Shown: piece by piece, positions 27,364 to 37,425 of the stretch
Layout: each line of letters opens with the position of its first letter
Numbering within the stretch: the first letter of the stretch is position 1
NCBI GenBank assembly: GCA_964551015.1
Contig: CAZKBP010000003.1
Location: forward strand, 21,327 to 85,326
Direction: 5' to 3'
Source: an uncultured Cytophagaceae bacterium
Lineage (GTDB): Bacteria > Bacteroidota > Bacteroidia > Cytophagales > Microscillaceae
Length of the DNA stretch: 64,000 nucleotides
Program-made: the position numbers and the translations under genes
Notes under the pieces: generated by a model
Database searches by the model: none
What the model was told of the DNA's origin: nothing
What the model saw: only the letters and a program-made list of their open reading frames with translations

Positions 27364-29421
27364 TCAAGCTTGTTTTTCTTTCACGAATTGATAAGTATCC
27401 ACTTGTGCCTGTATCTTTTCTGCATTTTCTTGACTGATGGGATGGTTCCGATGCTCCTCATCTAGTAAGCAACCCTTGGTATTATCCAAAAGCTGAAGTT
27501 GAACAATCCTGAGGATTTCCTGTCTTGCTTGTTCGTCATAGATGGGAAAGACCACTTCTACTCGATGATAAAGGTTGCGTCGCATCCAATCGGCAGATCC
27601 CATGAAAATATCGGGCTTACCTTCGTGGTGGAAAATAAAAACACGGGCGTGTTCGAGAAAACGATCCACGATCCGTACAATTTTAATATTTTCACTCATG
27701 CCTTCCACGCCAGGGATAAGACAGCAGATACCTCGAACAATCAGATCAATTTGCACCCCTGCACGGTTGGCCTCATAGAGCTTATCAATCATCACAGGGT
27801 CTTCCAAGTTATTCAGTTTGATGATAATGTGCCCAGTTTTGCCTGCCTTGGCGAGCTTGATCTCACGGTCAATCAACTCCATGAAGCGAGGAAGAATATT
27901 AAATTGAGAAACGAGTAAATGCTTAAGGTTGGGTTCGGTTTTGCGTTTGTTGAGGTATTTGAAAACCTGATTTAGCTCATCGGTCAGTTCAGGATTGGCA
28001 GTCAATAGACCGTGATCCGCATAAATTTTGGCGGTGCTTTCATTAAAATTACCTGTACCGAAGAAAGCAAACTCTTGTCTTTTGCCTGATTCTTTGCGAA
28101 TGACCAGTGCTACTTTCGCGTGGACTTTCAAGCCCGGGATACTGTAAATAATCTTAATACCTGCTTTCTCCATGGCTGCTGCCCAGCGCAAATTATTGGC
28201 CTCGTCAAAACGCGCTTTTACTTCCACGAAAACAGTTACTTTTTTGCCATTGCGGACGGCACTGATCAAAGCATTGGCAATAAACGAACTAGCCGCGATC
28301 CGATACACGGTTAGCTTAATTTCAGAGACAAAAGGATCAATCGCTGCTTCATTGAAAAAACGCAGCACATAGTCATAGGAGTTGTAAGGGAAATGTAGGA
28401 TATAATCTTGGTCTTTGATCGCCTCAAAGAGCGTATCGTGTTCTTCTAATTGCTTATGAGGAAGAGCAGGTAGTGGCTCATTCTCCAACAAGGGTTCCAT
28501 GGGGTTGGGTAGTTTGGAGAGGTTATCCAGATTATGATAAGCACCCCCCAGCACCATATCTGCCTGATCTAATTGCAGCTCTTTGGTAATAAAATCCAGT
28601 GTATCCTGAGGCATGCGTGCATCATACAAAAAGCGTGAAGGCACGCCCAAGTTTCTAGAGTCCAGTCTTTCTTTGATTTTGTCAACTAAATCACCGGTGT
28701 ATTCATCATCAATATGCAAATCAGAATCCCGATTGAGTTTGATACTATGACACTCCATTATCTCGTAGCCCGGGAAGATCATTTCGAGATTGCAACGAAT
28801 CACGTCATCTAAGAAGATATAATAGTAGAAATTATTGTGTTTGGGCAAAGCGTAGAAGCGGGGCAGATGATTGGAGGGAATATTGAGTAAAGCATACTGA
28901 AAAGCTAACTCGGGTTCTTGTTTTCGTTTGAGCTTGATGACAAAATAGAGGGAGCGATTCTCGAGAAAAGGTGTTTTGGATTTTTCTGAGAAGATAATGG
29001 GCTGAAGATAGGTAAGCACTTTGGTGCGGAAGTAGTGTCGCGTGGCCGCTTGGTGAACATCTAGAATTTCTGCATTATTGTAGAGTATAATCCCATTTTC
29101 TGCCAAAGCAGGTAGAATATGATCACGATAGATGGAGCCAAACTCTTCCTGTTGTGCTTTGACCGTTTCTAAGATTTTAGCCAAGAGCATCTTTGAGGAG
29201 AGGCGATGGTCTCGACTGTACCTTTCCTCGCCTAGTTTGATGGCTCCTCTCAGCGCGGCTACCCTTACCCTAAAGAATTCATCGAGATTAGAGGAGAAAA
29301 TGGCCAAGAAATTGACCCTTTCATAGAGTGGTACGGTAATATCTTTAGCTTCTAGCAAGACTCGGTAGTTAAAAGATAACCAACTTAGGTCGCGATCGTA
29401 GTACAGGTTTTCAGTGTCCAT
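27364..29421 (-). CDS. ppk: Polyphosphate kinase 1
   Basis: 685 aa. PPK1 N-terminal and catalytic regions, including the autophosphorylated His context (HAKVALVIR) and the PLD-like C-terminal domains (...RNLYHRVEV...). Confidence 0.9.
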   Translation of the reverse strand: MDTENLYYDRDLSWLSFNYRVLLEAKDITVPLYERVNFLAIFSSNLDEFFRVRVAALRGAIKLGEERYSRDHRLSSKMLLAKILETVKAQQEEFGSIYRDHILPALAENGIILYNNAEILDVHQAATRHYFRTKVLTYLQPIIFSEKSKTPFLENRSLYFVIKLKRKQEPELAFQYALLNIPSNHLPRFYALPKHNNFYYYIFLDDVIRCNLEMIFPGYEIMECHSIKLNRDSDLHIDDEYTGDLVDKIKERLDSRNLGVPSRFLYDARMPQDTLDFITKELQLDQADMVLGGAYHNLDNLSKLPNPMEPLLENEPLPALPHKQLEEHDTLFEAIKDQDYILHFPYNSYDYVLRFFNEAAIDPFVSEIKLTVYRIAASSFIANALISAVRNGKKVTVFVEVKARFDEANNLRWAAAMEKAGIKIIYSIPGLKVHAKVALVIRKESGKRQEFAFFGTGNFNESTAKIYADHGLLTANPELTDELNQVFKYLNKRKTEPNLKHLLVSQFNILPRFMELIDREIKLAKAGKTGHIIIKLNNLEDPVMIDKLYEANRAGVQIDLIVRGICCLIPGVEGMSENIKIVRIVDRFLEHARVFIFHHEGKPDIFMGSADWMRRNLYHRVEVVFPIYDEQARQEILRIVQLQLLDNTKGCLLDEEHRNHPISQENAEKIQAQVDTYQFVKEKQA

Positions 29422-29898
29422 AAAGCAAAAAAAAGTATTGATTCTTTAATTTATAAAGCTTTTATCATTTCTCCATTATTGGGCGTCATTTCAATAATAA
29501 AAAAGTTTTGCCTGGCATTGCTTAAACAAATTTAATTCTTGGCCTACTGGCTATCCAAGTATAGCTAATCGCTATTTGCTTATTACATAATTGTAAGATT
29601 GCCAGCCGATGAAAGACTTGAAAAAAAATCAAATGCCTTATCAACGGAACCTTAGTTTTGCCTTTTCGTCAAACTGCATAAATTTATAGATTAGCGAGGA
29701 ATAAATATAGTTTAGAAAATATCTCCTATGCCAAATTTTCCGTATACGTAGTTAAATAGGTTAATGATCTTTGGCCTTGTAAGATTCTTTTCCATTCTTC
29801 ATCTCTTTTTTTCTCAAATTCTCTCTCCAGTTATTTCATTTACTCCATCTCATCGGTTAAGTCAAAACGTCAACTTAAATAACCGAATACGGAATTAA

Positions 29899-30579
29899 AT
29901 GAAGCAAATAGTAAACAATGAAATGTGGGCTCGCTATACACTGTTCGTTTTCTATTTGATCAGCTTGATACTTCCCTTGTCTATTATTTTTAATTATTTG
30001 GAGTATCAATTATTAGAAGATATAGCGCAGGGATTTTTCCCTGACGAGCAAACGCTGAAAGCATACCGGCAGAGAAACTTTTGGGTAGGGTTACTCAAAG
30101 CAGTTTTTTACCTAGCTTCGGCTGTCTTTTTTTTAATTTGGTTTTATCGAACTTATCGCAATACCTATTATCGTACAGGCTATCTCAAAAAGGCTCCTCA
30201 TTGGGCCTGGGCTAGTTTTTTTATCCCGATCTTGAATTGCTATCTGCCTTATCAACTTATGAAAGAAGTATGGGTAGAATCTCAGAAAATGCTTTTGCCT
30301 GAGGAAGATCGGCGTGAAGCCCACCGTCGGATTTCGTACGCTTTGGTACAAGCTTGGTGGATTTTGTTCTTACTAAGTTACCTGATTATTCTCTTGACAG
30401 AATGGCTCAGTTGGGGGGCATATCGCTTAGAAGAGAAGTTGAACGTAGTTTTTTTGATGCTAACCACCGATTTTCTAGAAATTCCGGCGGTAGTCGTGAC
30501 CATTTGGCTGGTGCGTCAAACGGCTGACTTTGATAAAGAGTTGCGAGAAAAGAGAGCGCGTGTGAGCCTGGATAGCTAA
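29899..30579 (+). CDS. Hypothetical polytopic membrane protein (possibly DUF4328-like)
   Basis: 226 aa, 4 TM. Motif WASFFIPILNCYLPYQ resembles the DUF4328 WFIPxxN pattern. Confidence 0.4.
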   Translation: MKQIVNNEMWARYTLFVFYLISLILPLSIIFNYLEYQLLEDIAQGFFPDEQTLKAYRQRNFWVGLLKAVFYLASAVFFLIWFYRTYRNTYYRTGYLKKAPHWAWASFFIPILNCYLPYQLMKEVWVESQKMLLPEEDRREAHRRISYALVQAWWILFLLSYLIILLTEWLSWGAYRLEEKLNVVFLMLTTDFLEIPAVVVTIWLVRQTADFDKELREKRARVSLDS

Positions 30580-30645
30580 GGCAATCCATTTTTTTGAATC
30601 GGATAAATTGCCTAGTTTTGCGCCTTGCTCACACCTGCTTTTGCC

Positions 30646-31539
30646 ATGCCTTTATTACTTCGAGTACACGCTGGGCTTTTTTTGGTTACGCTGATTTATT
30701 CTACCAATTTCGTGATTGCCAAGTTTATCACGCCCGCATATATTCTCCCTTTTGGAATTATCCTGATGCGTGTTTTCGGATCAGCCGCTTTATTTACATT
30801 TTTACACGCCCTCACGGTCAGAGAGAAGGTCAAAGATCCACGTGATTACTGGGCCTTTGCCTATTGTGCTATTTTTGGTGTAGTCCTGAATCAGTTGCTA
30901 TTTTTTAAAGGCTTGTCGATTACCAACGCCATTAATATTTCCATTATCATGACCAGTAGCCCGATCTTGGTACTGATCGTCTCCAGTCTGGTACTCAAAG
31001 AAAAGATCACAGTTCTAAAAATGCTGGGCATCGCGCTGGGCTTGACCGGAGCTATCTTGCTTATTGGTGGAAGAGGACTTTCGTTTAGTAGCGAAACGGT
31101 GGTGGGAGACTTATTGATTCTAGGTAATGCCACTTCTTATGGAATCTACTTGGTCATGGTCAAGCCCTTGATGCGTAAGTATGAATCACTCACGGTGGTG
31201 AAGTGGATTTTCCTGTTTGGCTGTATTGGCGTATTCCCTTTTGGGATAGGAGAGTTTATGATCATAGATTGGGAAGCTTTACCTGCTTACGCGATTTGGA
31301 TTTTGGTTTTTATCGTGGTGGGCGTAACCTTTATGGCCTACCTGATTAATGCCTGGGGTTTGCGCTATGTGAACGCGAGTGTGGTGGCCTTTTATATCTA
31401 CTTACAACCCGTGCTAACGAGTATGATTGCGATTAGTCTAGGTCAAGATCAATTGACGCTGAGTAAGGTAATCTATTCCTGTCTGATTCTTCTGGGAGTT
31501 TATTTGGTAAGTAAGCCACGAAAGCAGCCTGCCGTATAA
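30646..31539 (+). CDS. EamA/DMT-superfamily transporter
   Basis: Ten TM helices in two 5-TM EamA repeats. ATG at 30646 (track start 30625 is TTG). Confidence 0.75.
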   Translation: MPLLLRVHAGLFLVTLIYSTNFVIAKFITPAYILPFGIILMRVFGSAALFTFLHALTVREKVKDPRDYWAFAYCAIFGVVLNQLLFFKGLSITNAINISIIMTSSPILVLIVSSLVLKEKITVLKMLGIALGLTGAILLIGGRGLSFSSETVVGDLLILGNATSYGIYLVMVKPLMRKYESLTVVKWIFLFGCIGVFPFGIGEFMIIDWEALPAYAIWILVFIVVGVTFMAYLINAWGLRYVNASVVAFYIYLQPVLTSMIAISLGQDQLTLSKVIYSCLILLGVYLVSKPRKQPAV

Positions 31540-31586
31540 AAGGATTTTTTCCAAAAAAAAGAAAAGTAGCCCTGGTTCATAGCAAT

Positions 31587-32045
31587 TTAAGGTGAATCGG
31601 GCTGATAAGGAATGTACACGAGTTCATAGCCGTGGGATTGATCGGTCATTTCTAGTTGATTTTCTTCCATAGAAGTAATCAAGAAAGCCGTTGTGTCTGG
31701 ATGGTTTTCGGTTTTGATCTTGAGCATCTGCTCGGAAGCATCGTAGCGCCAAGTTCCTCTGCGAATGACTATAAAATCGCGATAAAGCTGATAGATTCCA
31801 TCCTCGGCGTATTCTAGATAATTGCCTTTATTTTGTTTAGGATAGACCAGCGTTCCATCCCTGGCTTTGAAAACCGTGCTCCATGTTCCAACAAAAGGCT
31901 TTTCTTCTTCGCTGATCTCTCGCTTGGGAAGAGGAGGCGTTTTGGACTTGGCATCTTGATCTTCTGAATTTTGTGAAGGAGAACATTGCCAGATGAAGCT
32001 GATTATCAGGCCGTAGAGTAAAGTTTGAAAAGTTTTTTCAAGCAT
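31587..32045 (-). CDS. Hypothetical lipoprotein (lipocalin-like fold likely)
   Basis: Signal peptide with lipobox-like WQCS. Pattern GTW....G....EY...G.Y resembles lipocalin-like DUF proteins. Confidence 0.4.
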   Translation of the reverse strand: MLEKTFQTLLYGLIISFIWQCSPSQNSEDQDAKSKTPPLPKREISEEEKPFVGTWSTVFKARDGTLVYPKQNKGNYLEYAEDGIYQLYRDFIVIRRGTWRYDASEQMLKIKTENHPDTTAFLITSMEENQLEMTDQSHGYELVYIPYQPDSP

Positions 32046-32179
32046 ATCCTGTGAGTTTTACCATATAAGAAATCTACACAAGCCAAGATAAATAAAATAA
32101 AACGCAATTTTGGGAAGATTGGCGATCTTCAAATTTATTCCCTACTTTAAAGCTAAAGCATTCAAAATTTATTTTTCCT

Positions 32180-32623
32180 ATGTCCTCAGACCAATTAGAT
32201 CAAAAACTCTTCGGCCTCCTCGAGAGTGGTGAATGGGTCAATATGCAACTGGCTAGTCAACTGATTCAGGGAATGGGCTATCGCCCCCACCATCTCCGCA
32301 AGATGATCGAGGGGGTTACTTATGCCTATCTATCGGAGTTTTTACCCGATTTTGATTATCATCGCTTTGGTTGTTCTATTCTGGATCGGATGACCTTCGA
32401 GCTGGTGTTCAAAAAACTCAATGAGTATCTACCCGTTAGCTATTTGCAAGTAGAAGTTTGCTCTGATTATCTAAAATTAACGGCCTACGTGCAACCCCAG
32501 CTACCTACGAACGCTCTTTGGGTAGAAGTCTCGATGGAGGGCCTGACCGATCGGCTTTTTTATACCATCCGAGCCAAATTTGACATTGGCCAAAATCCTA
32601 AAGGTGATCGCAAACTTGCATAA
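32180..32623 (+). CDS. Hypothetical protein
   Basis: 147-aa ORF with coding-like composition. No recognisable motif. Confidence 0.35.
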   Translation: MSSDQLDQKLFGLLESGEWVNMQLASQLIQGMGYRPHHLRKMIEGVTYAYLSEFLPDFDYHRFGCSILDRMTFELVFKKLNEYLPVSYLQVEVCSDYLKLTAYVQPQLPTNALWVEVSMEGLTDRLFYTIRAKFDIGQNPKGDRKLA

Positions 32624-32709
32624 AGCTTCTGAAATGCAGAATTTTGCTGGCATATTACTCTGAGAGCGAATTACCCAAAACTATAAACAAATAACCATAA
32701 ATATTAATC

Positions 32710-33831
32710 ATGAAATTGCAAATCATCTGTGGAATACTCGTCATTCTCTTCATTAACTTTCAGCTTCAAGCGCAAAAACTAAATCCAGCCGAAGAGCAAA
32801 TTTTCAAGGCAGAAGCCACCAAATTCGTGGAACGTTATTACGAAATGCTGCCCCCAACTATCCAAAAACTGGATCAGAACGTGAAAGTGCCTTCTGTCAA
32901 TGAAGAAGGCGCCGAAACTGAACTGGAAATCACCTACAAGCAACAATTTATTGAGCGATACTTCGAGAATAATGATATTTACGTCTACAACGACCTCAGC
33001 CCTGACGACGAAAACGAACGAAGCGACCGCCGCGTGATGACTATCGATAACTACTTAGACGAAGTGAAAACTACCTACGGAGAGAAGAAAGTGGAGCAAT
33101 TCAAGACCTCTTTGGTCAGTGCCCAAGTGGAGGAAATTGGCTATAATGATAAAGCTTTTGAGAAATTTTACTACGCCAAAGTCAAAGTAAAGCGCAAACT
33201 GACTGGCATGTACTTGGGAGAATACTACACTGAAAATACCAAAGAATTAGACTTCTATATCAAAACTATTGACAAAGCCCCGCAACGCCTGAAAAAGTAC
33301 CAAATCATCGGGATTGATTACGAAAGCCAACAGGTATTGGTGGGCAATATTGGCGTAGAAGCGGCCATTGCCAAGGGGCTGCGCTTTTTTGATAAAATGG
33401 ATTACGAGCAGGCTTTTCCTTATCTCATTAAATATAGCCAAGAAAAAGCCTTTCAGAAAAATGCCAATGCTACTTGGGCTTTGAGTTTCATGTATTTCTG
33501 GGGCTGGGGTACCGACCGGAGCGACGACGAAATGGTCAAATGGATGACCCTCTCGGCGGACCGCAATAACCTCTACGCACTTTATTACTTGGGTGAAAAT
33601 TATTACTATGGCGAATATGGCGTAGACGAAGACGAGAAAAAGGCGTTCAAGCTCATCAAAGAAGCCGCCCGCAAAGGCTATGATGAAGCGCAATACTTTT
33701 TAGGGCAACGCTTCGAGAAGGGAGAAGGCATTCGCCAAAGCAACAACGCCGCCAAGCGTTGGTATCGTCGTGCCGCCGAGCAAGGACACGTGAAAGCAAA
33801 ATTTTCTTTGAAAAAATTAGAAAACAACTAA
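32710..33831 (+). CDS. Secreted Sel1/TPR-like repeat protein
   Basis: Signal peptide. C-terminal Sel1-like repeats (...AAKRWYRRAAEQGHVKAKFSL..., ...ALYYLGENYYYG...). Confidence 0.55.
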   Translation: MKLQIICGILVILFINFQLQAQKLNPAEEQIFKAEATKFVERYYEMLPPTIQKLDQNVKVPSVNEEGAETELEITYKQQFIERYFENNDIYVYNDLSPDDENERSDRRVMTIDNYLDEVKTTYGEKKVEQFKTSLVSAQVEEIGYNDKAFEKFYYAKVKVKRKLTGMYLGEYYTENTKELDFYIKTIDKAPQRLKKYQIIGIDYESQQVLVGNIGVEAAIAKGLRFFDKMDYEQAFPYLIKYSQEKAFQKNANATWALSFMYFWGWGTDRSDDEMVKWMTLSADRNNLYALYYLGENYYYGEYGVDEDEKKAFKLIKEAARKGYDEAQYFLGQRFEKGEGIRQSNNAAKRWYRRAAEQGHVKAKFSLKKLENN

Positions 33832-33838
33832 ACACCCT

Positions 33839-34378
33839 GTGCAATCCCCAGACTGGATCATTCGTGAAGCCCTCTCGGATGATATTCCCGCGCTAGCTCG
33901 CCTGAGCAGGCTTACTTTCTTGGATACCTACCAAGAAATTAACCAAAAAGATCAAGAAAATATGGAAGCCTACATGGATCAGGCTTTCAGCCCGGCACAT
34001 CTGAGCCAACTGATGGAAGACCCCAAGGTTACTTTTTTGGTGCTGGAGAAAGAGCAAAAATTGATTGCCTACGTGAAATTAGTCAGGGATTATGCCAGCG
34101 AAGGATGGGACTTTCCTGCCGGGGCTAAGGTGATGAATCTGGAGAAAATTTACGTCTTAAAAGACCATACTGGTCAAAGACTAGGCTCTGCCTTGATGCA
34201 TCACGTATTAGAGATGGCACAAGCGGAAAAAATAGATGTCATCTGGCTTGGGGTGTGGAATGTCAATCGGAAGGCGATGCAGTTTTACGAAAGATTTGGC
34301 TTCGAGTTAGCCGGTATTCATCCTTTTTTGATGGGCAAAAATGTCTATGAAGATTTACTGATGCAAAAATACTTATAA
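33839..34378 (+). CDS. GNAT-family N-acetyltransferase
   Basis: Acetyl-CoA-binding motif Q/RxxGxG/A present in GQRLGSALM. 8 nt after the previous stop. GTG start in the track. Confidence 0.7.
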   Translation: MQSPDWIIREALSDDIPALARLSRLTFLDTYQEINQKDQENMEAYMDQAFSPAHLSQLMEDPKVTFLVLEKEQKLIAYVKLVRDYASEGWDFPAGAKVMNLEKIYVLKDHTGQRLGSALMHHVLEMAQAEKIDVIWLGVWNVNRKAMQFYERFGFELAGIHPFLMGKNVYEDLLMQKYL

Positions 34379-34425
34379 TCTAGTAGATAAATCTGATAAA
34401 TATGTCGGAAATTAACCCAAACAAT

Positions 34426-34470
34426 GACAAAAGGTAAGGGAAGGACTCACTCTTACCTTATAAGATTTTG
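34426..34470 (+). terminator. Candidate rho-independent terminator after the GNAT gene
   Basis: AAGGTAAG-13 nt-CTTACCTT perfect 8-bp stem (34431-34459) followed by ataagattttg. Confidence 0.4.
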
Positions 34471-34545
34471 CTTAGGATTGAAACTTAATCCATCATTTCC
34501 GAGTAAAAAGAAGCATAAACGAGTCTTAACCTAAGCCAATCACCG

Positions 34546-34980
34546 ATGATACTCAACAAAAACAACCCAGCCTACCAAGCCAGGAAAACCCTGGATACAG
34601 AAATCCTTAAAAAACAATTTCAAACCATGTTAAGTCATAAGAAAGCCCTGGATTATTTCCGCAATCTTTATCTCGTGGCCGTTGCTGATAGTCAGTTAGC
34701 CAAAGAAGAAACTTCTTTTCTCGTACAGGTGGCTCAGTACATGGGAATTGGGCCTCGTGAGGCAGCGGACATCATGATGGGCGGGCAAGATGCTCAACTC
34801 GTGATCCCTGAATCAGAAGAAGCTCGTGTGAATCAGCTCGAGGATATCGTAGTCATGATGATGGTAGATAAAAAAATTCACGAGAAAGAATACGAGCTTT
34901 GTATTGCTTACGCCAAAGCCATCGGTAAAGACAAGAAAATGGTGGACGAAACCATTCTCAATATCATCCGAGGCAACTAA
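34546..34980 (+). CDS. Hypothetical protein, possibly a TerB-like domain
   Basis: 144 aa. Helical pattern LYLVAVADSQLAKEE...LVQVAQYMGI resembles TerB/DjlA N-terminal domains. This is a weak call. Confidence 0.3.
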   Translation: MILNKNNPAYQARKTLDTEILKKQFQTMLSHKKALDYFRNLYLVAVADSQLAKEETSFLVQVAQYMGIGPREAADIMMGGQDAQLVIPESEEARVNQLEDIVVMMMVDKKIHEKEYELCIAYAKAIGKDKKMVDETILNIIRGN

Positions 34981-35186
34981 TTTTTCCCTTTCAAACATAA
35001 GGTAGGAAATCCAATAGCTATTCCTACACAGACAGCTTTATCCTTTTTAAATTTTGCGCCTGAATAACCTCAAAAAGACGGTAAACTTAGCTTAACTCCA
35101 GAAGATAAATCAAAATTAGCAGAAACTTATTCGTCTGGTTATTTCTTTATAAAAGATAACCAAACTAAAATATCAAAAAGAGCGCA

Positions 35187-35660
35187 ATGAATATTTATCA
35201 ATTAGTTACCCTCAGTTTACTAACTTGGTCAATAACCCATATCACAAAATCCGATTTATCTCCTAGTCAGAAAAGCTCCTCCTCACCGCAAGAAATCTCA
35301 GCCACCCAAGACATTTGGAAGCTCCTACTCAAAGTAAAATATACCTACGACAAAGCCGCTTATATTCCTCAATTTGACGAGAAAATCAAGGCATTGGATG
35401 GCAAAACCGTAACCATCCGAGGCTACATGTATCCCTTGGAGGAGCAGCCCAAGCATGAGTTTTTTATGCTTTCTTACTATCCAATCAATGTTTGTTTTTT
35501 TTGCGGAGGGGCTGGCCCCGAATCCGTGGTAGAAGTAAGTGCCGCCGAGCCACTCAAAATCCGCGACAAACCCGTTGACCTACGCGGTAAACTACGCCTG
35601 AATTATCACGATCGGGATCGCCTATTTTTTATCTTACTGAATGCCAAAATTGTAGAATAA
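35187..35660 (+). CDS. Hypothetical secreted protein (DUF3299-like)
   Basis: Signal peptide and FFCGGAGPESVVEV motif. No catalytic motif recognised. Confidence 0.35.
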   Translation: MNIYQLVTLSLLTWSITHITKSDLSPSQKSSSSPQEISATQDIWKLLLKVKYTYDKAAYIPQFDEKIKALDGKTVTIRGYMYPLEEQPKHEFFMLSYYPINVCFFCGGAGPESVVEVSAAEPLKIRDKPVDLRGKLRLNYHDRDRLFFILLNAKIVE

Positions 35661-35711
35661 GCTTTTTTTTAGTTGTTGGCTTTTTGCTAATGACCAACAA
35701 CTAATCCTCGT

Positions 35712-36656
35712 TTAGTGAATAATCACGATGTATTCATTATCCACTTCTACGCTCTGTACTTTGAAGCTATAGTCAACTTCCAGAGCCTCGTAGACATTCT
35801 CCTTGATGATATTCGAGAGATGAATCAGGGGTAAATCATTGGCTTGCTTGCCAAAAGGCTCTTCAATTTCTTCGGAAATCACTTCTACCCCTACCATCGC
35901 GTAAGAAATTAGTGCCACCGTGGGGATGGTGTAATAAGCCAAGGAATCTACCAAGCCAAAAGGAAGCGAGAGCACATACACCAAGATAAAAGTCTTGATG
36001 TAGCTATTATGAGAAAAAGGAATCGGCGTATTCTTGATGCGCTCACAGATTCCTAGAATGTCTACAAACTTCTCGATTTGAGGCTTCAAATTCAATTTAT
36101 CTATTTCAGAGAAAGTACCATCCCTGTATTTTTCTTCCATTTTTTCAAATAATAAAGAAGCAATTTTATGGGGCAGGTGGCGCGCTTTTTCTAAGGAGAT
36201 TCTTGTGGCTTCGTCCCAAGGCTCCAGATCATTCAAATCAACATCATTCCTGAGATGTCCCTGCAGGCCAATAGCAAAGTTAGAAATGAGCATCGAAAAA
36301 TAGCGCCGGGTTTCTTTATCTTCCTTGGGAATGAGGGAGTTCAAATTAGAAGCCATGGTGCGGGAGTGGTTGATCAAAGCGCCCCAAGCCTTACGACCTT
36401 CCCACCATTTATCATAAGAAGAATTGAGGCGAAAGACGAGCATTAAACTAAGAATGACCCCTAGGAGCGAAAAAAACAGCGGACTGATATGTAAAGGACG
36501 ATTTAGCATTTCTTCGTCTACCGTCACGATTAAGGCCGCATAAGCCGTTAAGTAGATGATATCCCGGAACAATACTCGGGTGGTGTAGGCTTTGTTAAAA
36601 CTCAGGTAAATCTTAATGAGTGTATTACCCCAGCTTTTGGTATCGTATACGATCAT
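35712..36656 (-). CDS. Bestrophin/UPF0187-family anion channel homolog
   Basis: RLNSSYDKWWEGRKAWGALINHSR matches the bestrophin signature (R.N..Y.RWWEGR..WG.L.N.SR), and TM helices are present. Confidence 0.6.
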   Translation of the reverse strand: MIVYDTKSWGNTLIKIYLSFNKAYTTRVLFRDIIYLTAYAALIVTVDEEMLNRPLHISPLFFSLLGVILSLMLVFRLNSSYDKWWEGRKAWGALINHSRTMASNLNSLIPKEDKETRRYFSMLISNFAIGLQGHLRNDVDLNDLEPWDEATRISLEKARHLPHKIASLLFEKMEEKYRDGTFSEIDKLNLKPQIEKFVDILGICERIKNTPIPFSHNSYIKTFILVYVLSLPFGLVDSLAYYTIPTVALISYAMVGVEVISEEIEEPFGKQANDLPLIHLSNIIKENVYEALEVDYSFKVQSVEVDNEYIVIIH

Positions 36657-36801
36657 TGGGACAGGAGATTAGCGTTAAAGTGATTGGACTTTAGTGAATA
36701 AGAGGCAAAATTTGCGAAAATGATGCCATTGATAGGTGAGTTAGGAGACAAATTGCATACCTCAGGTGAGCATGAAAGCTAACGAAAAGAGATGCCAAAG
36801 G

Positions 36802-37330
36802 TTAGCTTTCTCTCGCTTCATAATGAAAGCTAAGTTTAGCTTCAAAAAAGGACTTATCAAAGAACTTTTGTAAAGCCCGTCCTGAACCACTCTCAAAAAT
36901 AAAGGGCTGGGCTTCGTTGGTGATCTTAAGATGGATTTTGGCAATCTTCGGCATCAGGCGATGAACCAGAGGAGACAAGACGGGCCACCGGCGATGGATG
37001 GCAGAGGCAGGCCAGTGCTTCAAGGTGCTTAGTTTGTGAAATTGGATAGATTCAATTTCTTCGTAGTGCATCGCCAGCAGATGCACTTTTTGGTGGGTGT
37101 GTATACGCAATAGCAAGCCCTTGGCTAAGAGTTGAAAATGCGCTTTGGGTACAATTTTGAAATTTTGAATCAGAGTGTCCAGAGAGGGATTACCGGGCTG
37201 AATTTGTAAACGAGGCGAACCGCTTCCCCCCATTTGGAGGCTTTCTCGAAAAGTATAAGCCCGGCCATAATGCTTAAAAATCTTGGCGGGTAGTTGGTGA
37301 GGAGTGGCCGTGACGTCTACGATTTCCATG
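36802..37330 (-). CDS. Hypothetical protein
   Basis: ATG at 37330 (track start 37362 is TTG). No recognisable motif. Co-directional with, and upstream of, the bestrophin gene. Confidence 0.35.
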
Positions 37331-37425
37331 AGTGTATGCTTGAGCGTGATTATAAGAAGCAAACTCAGGAAGAGCCACCTTGGTTTTCTTTTTCAGGAAA
37401 ATGTAGATGAATTCAAAAAATGTTT

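Noticed and set aside
31540-31586. A/T homopolymer run (ggattttttccaaaaaaaagaaaag) between convergent genes as a terminator.
   Set aside because: It is only a T6/A8 tract with a 2-3 bp potential stem. It is not a credible hairpin.
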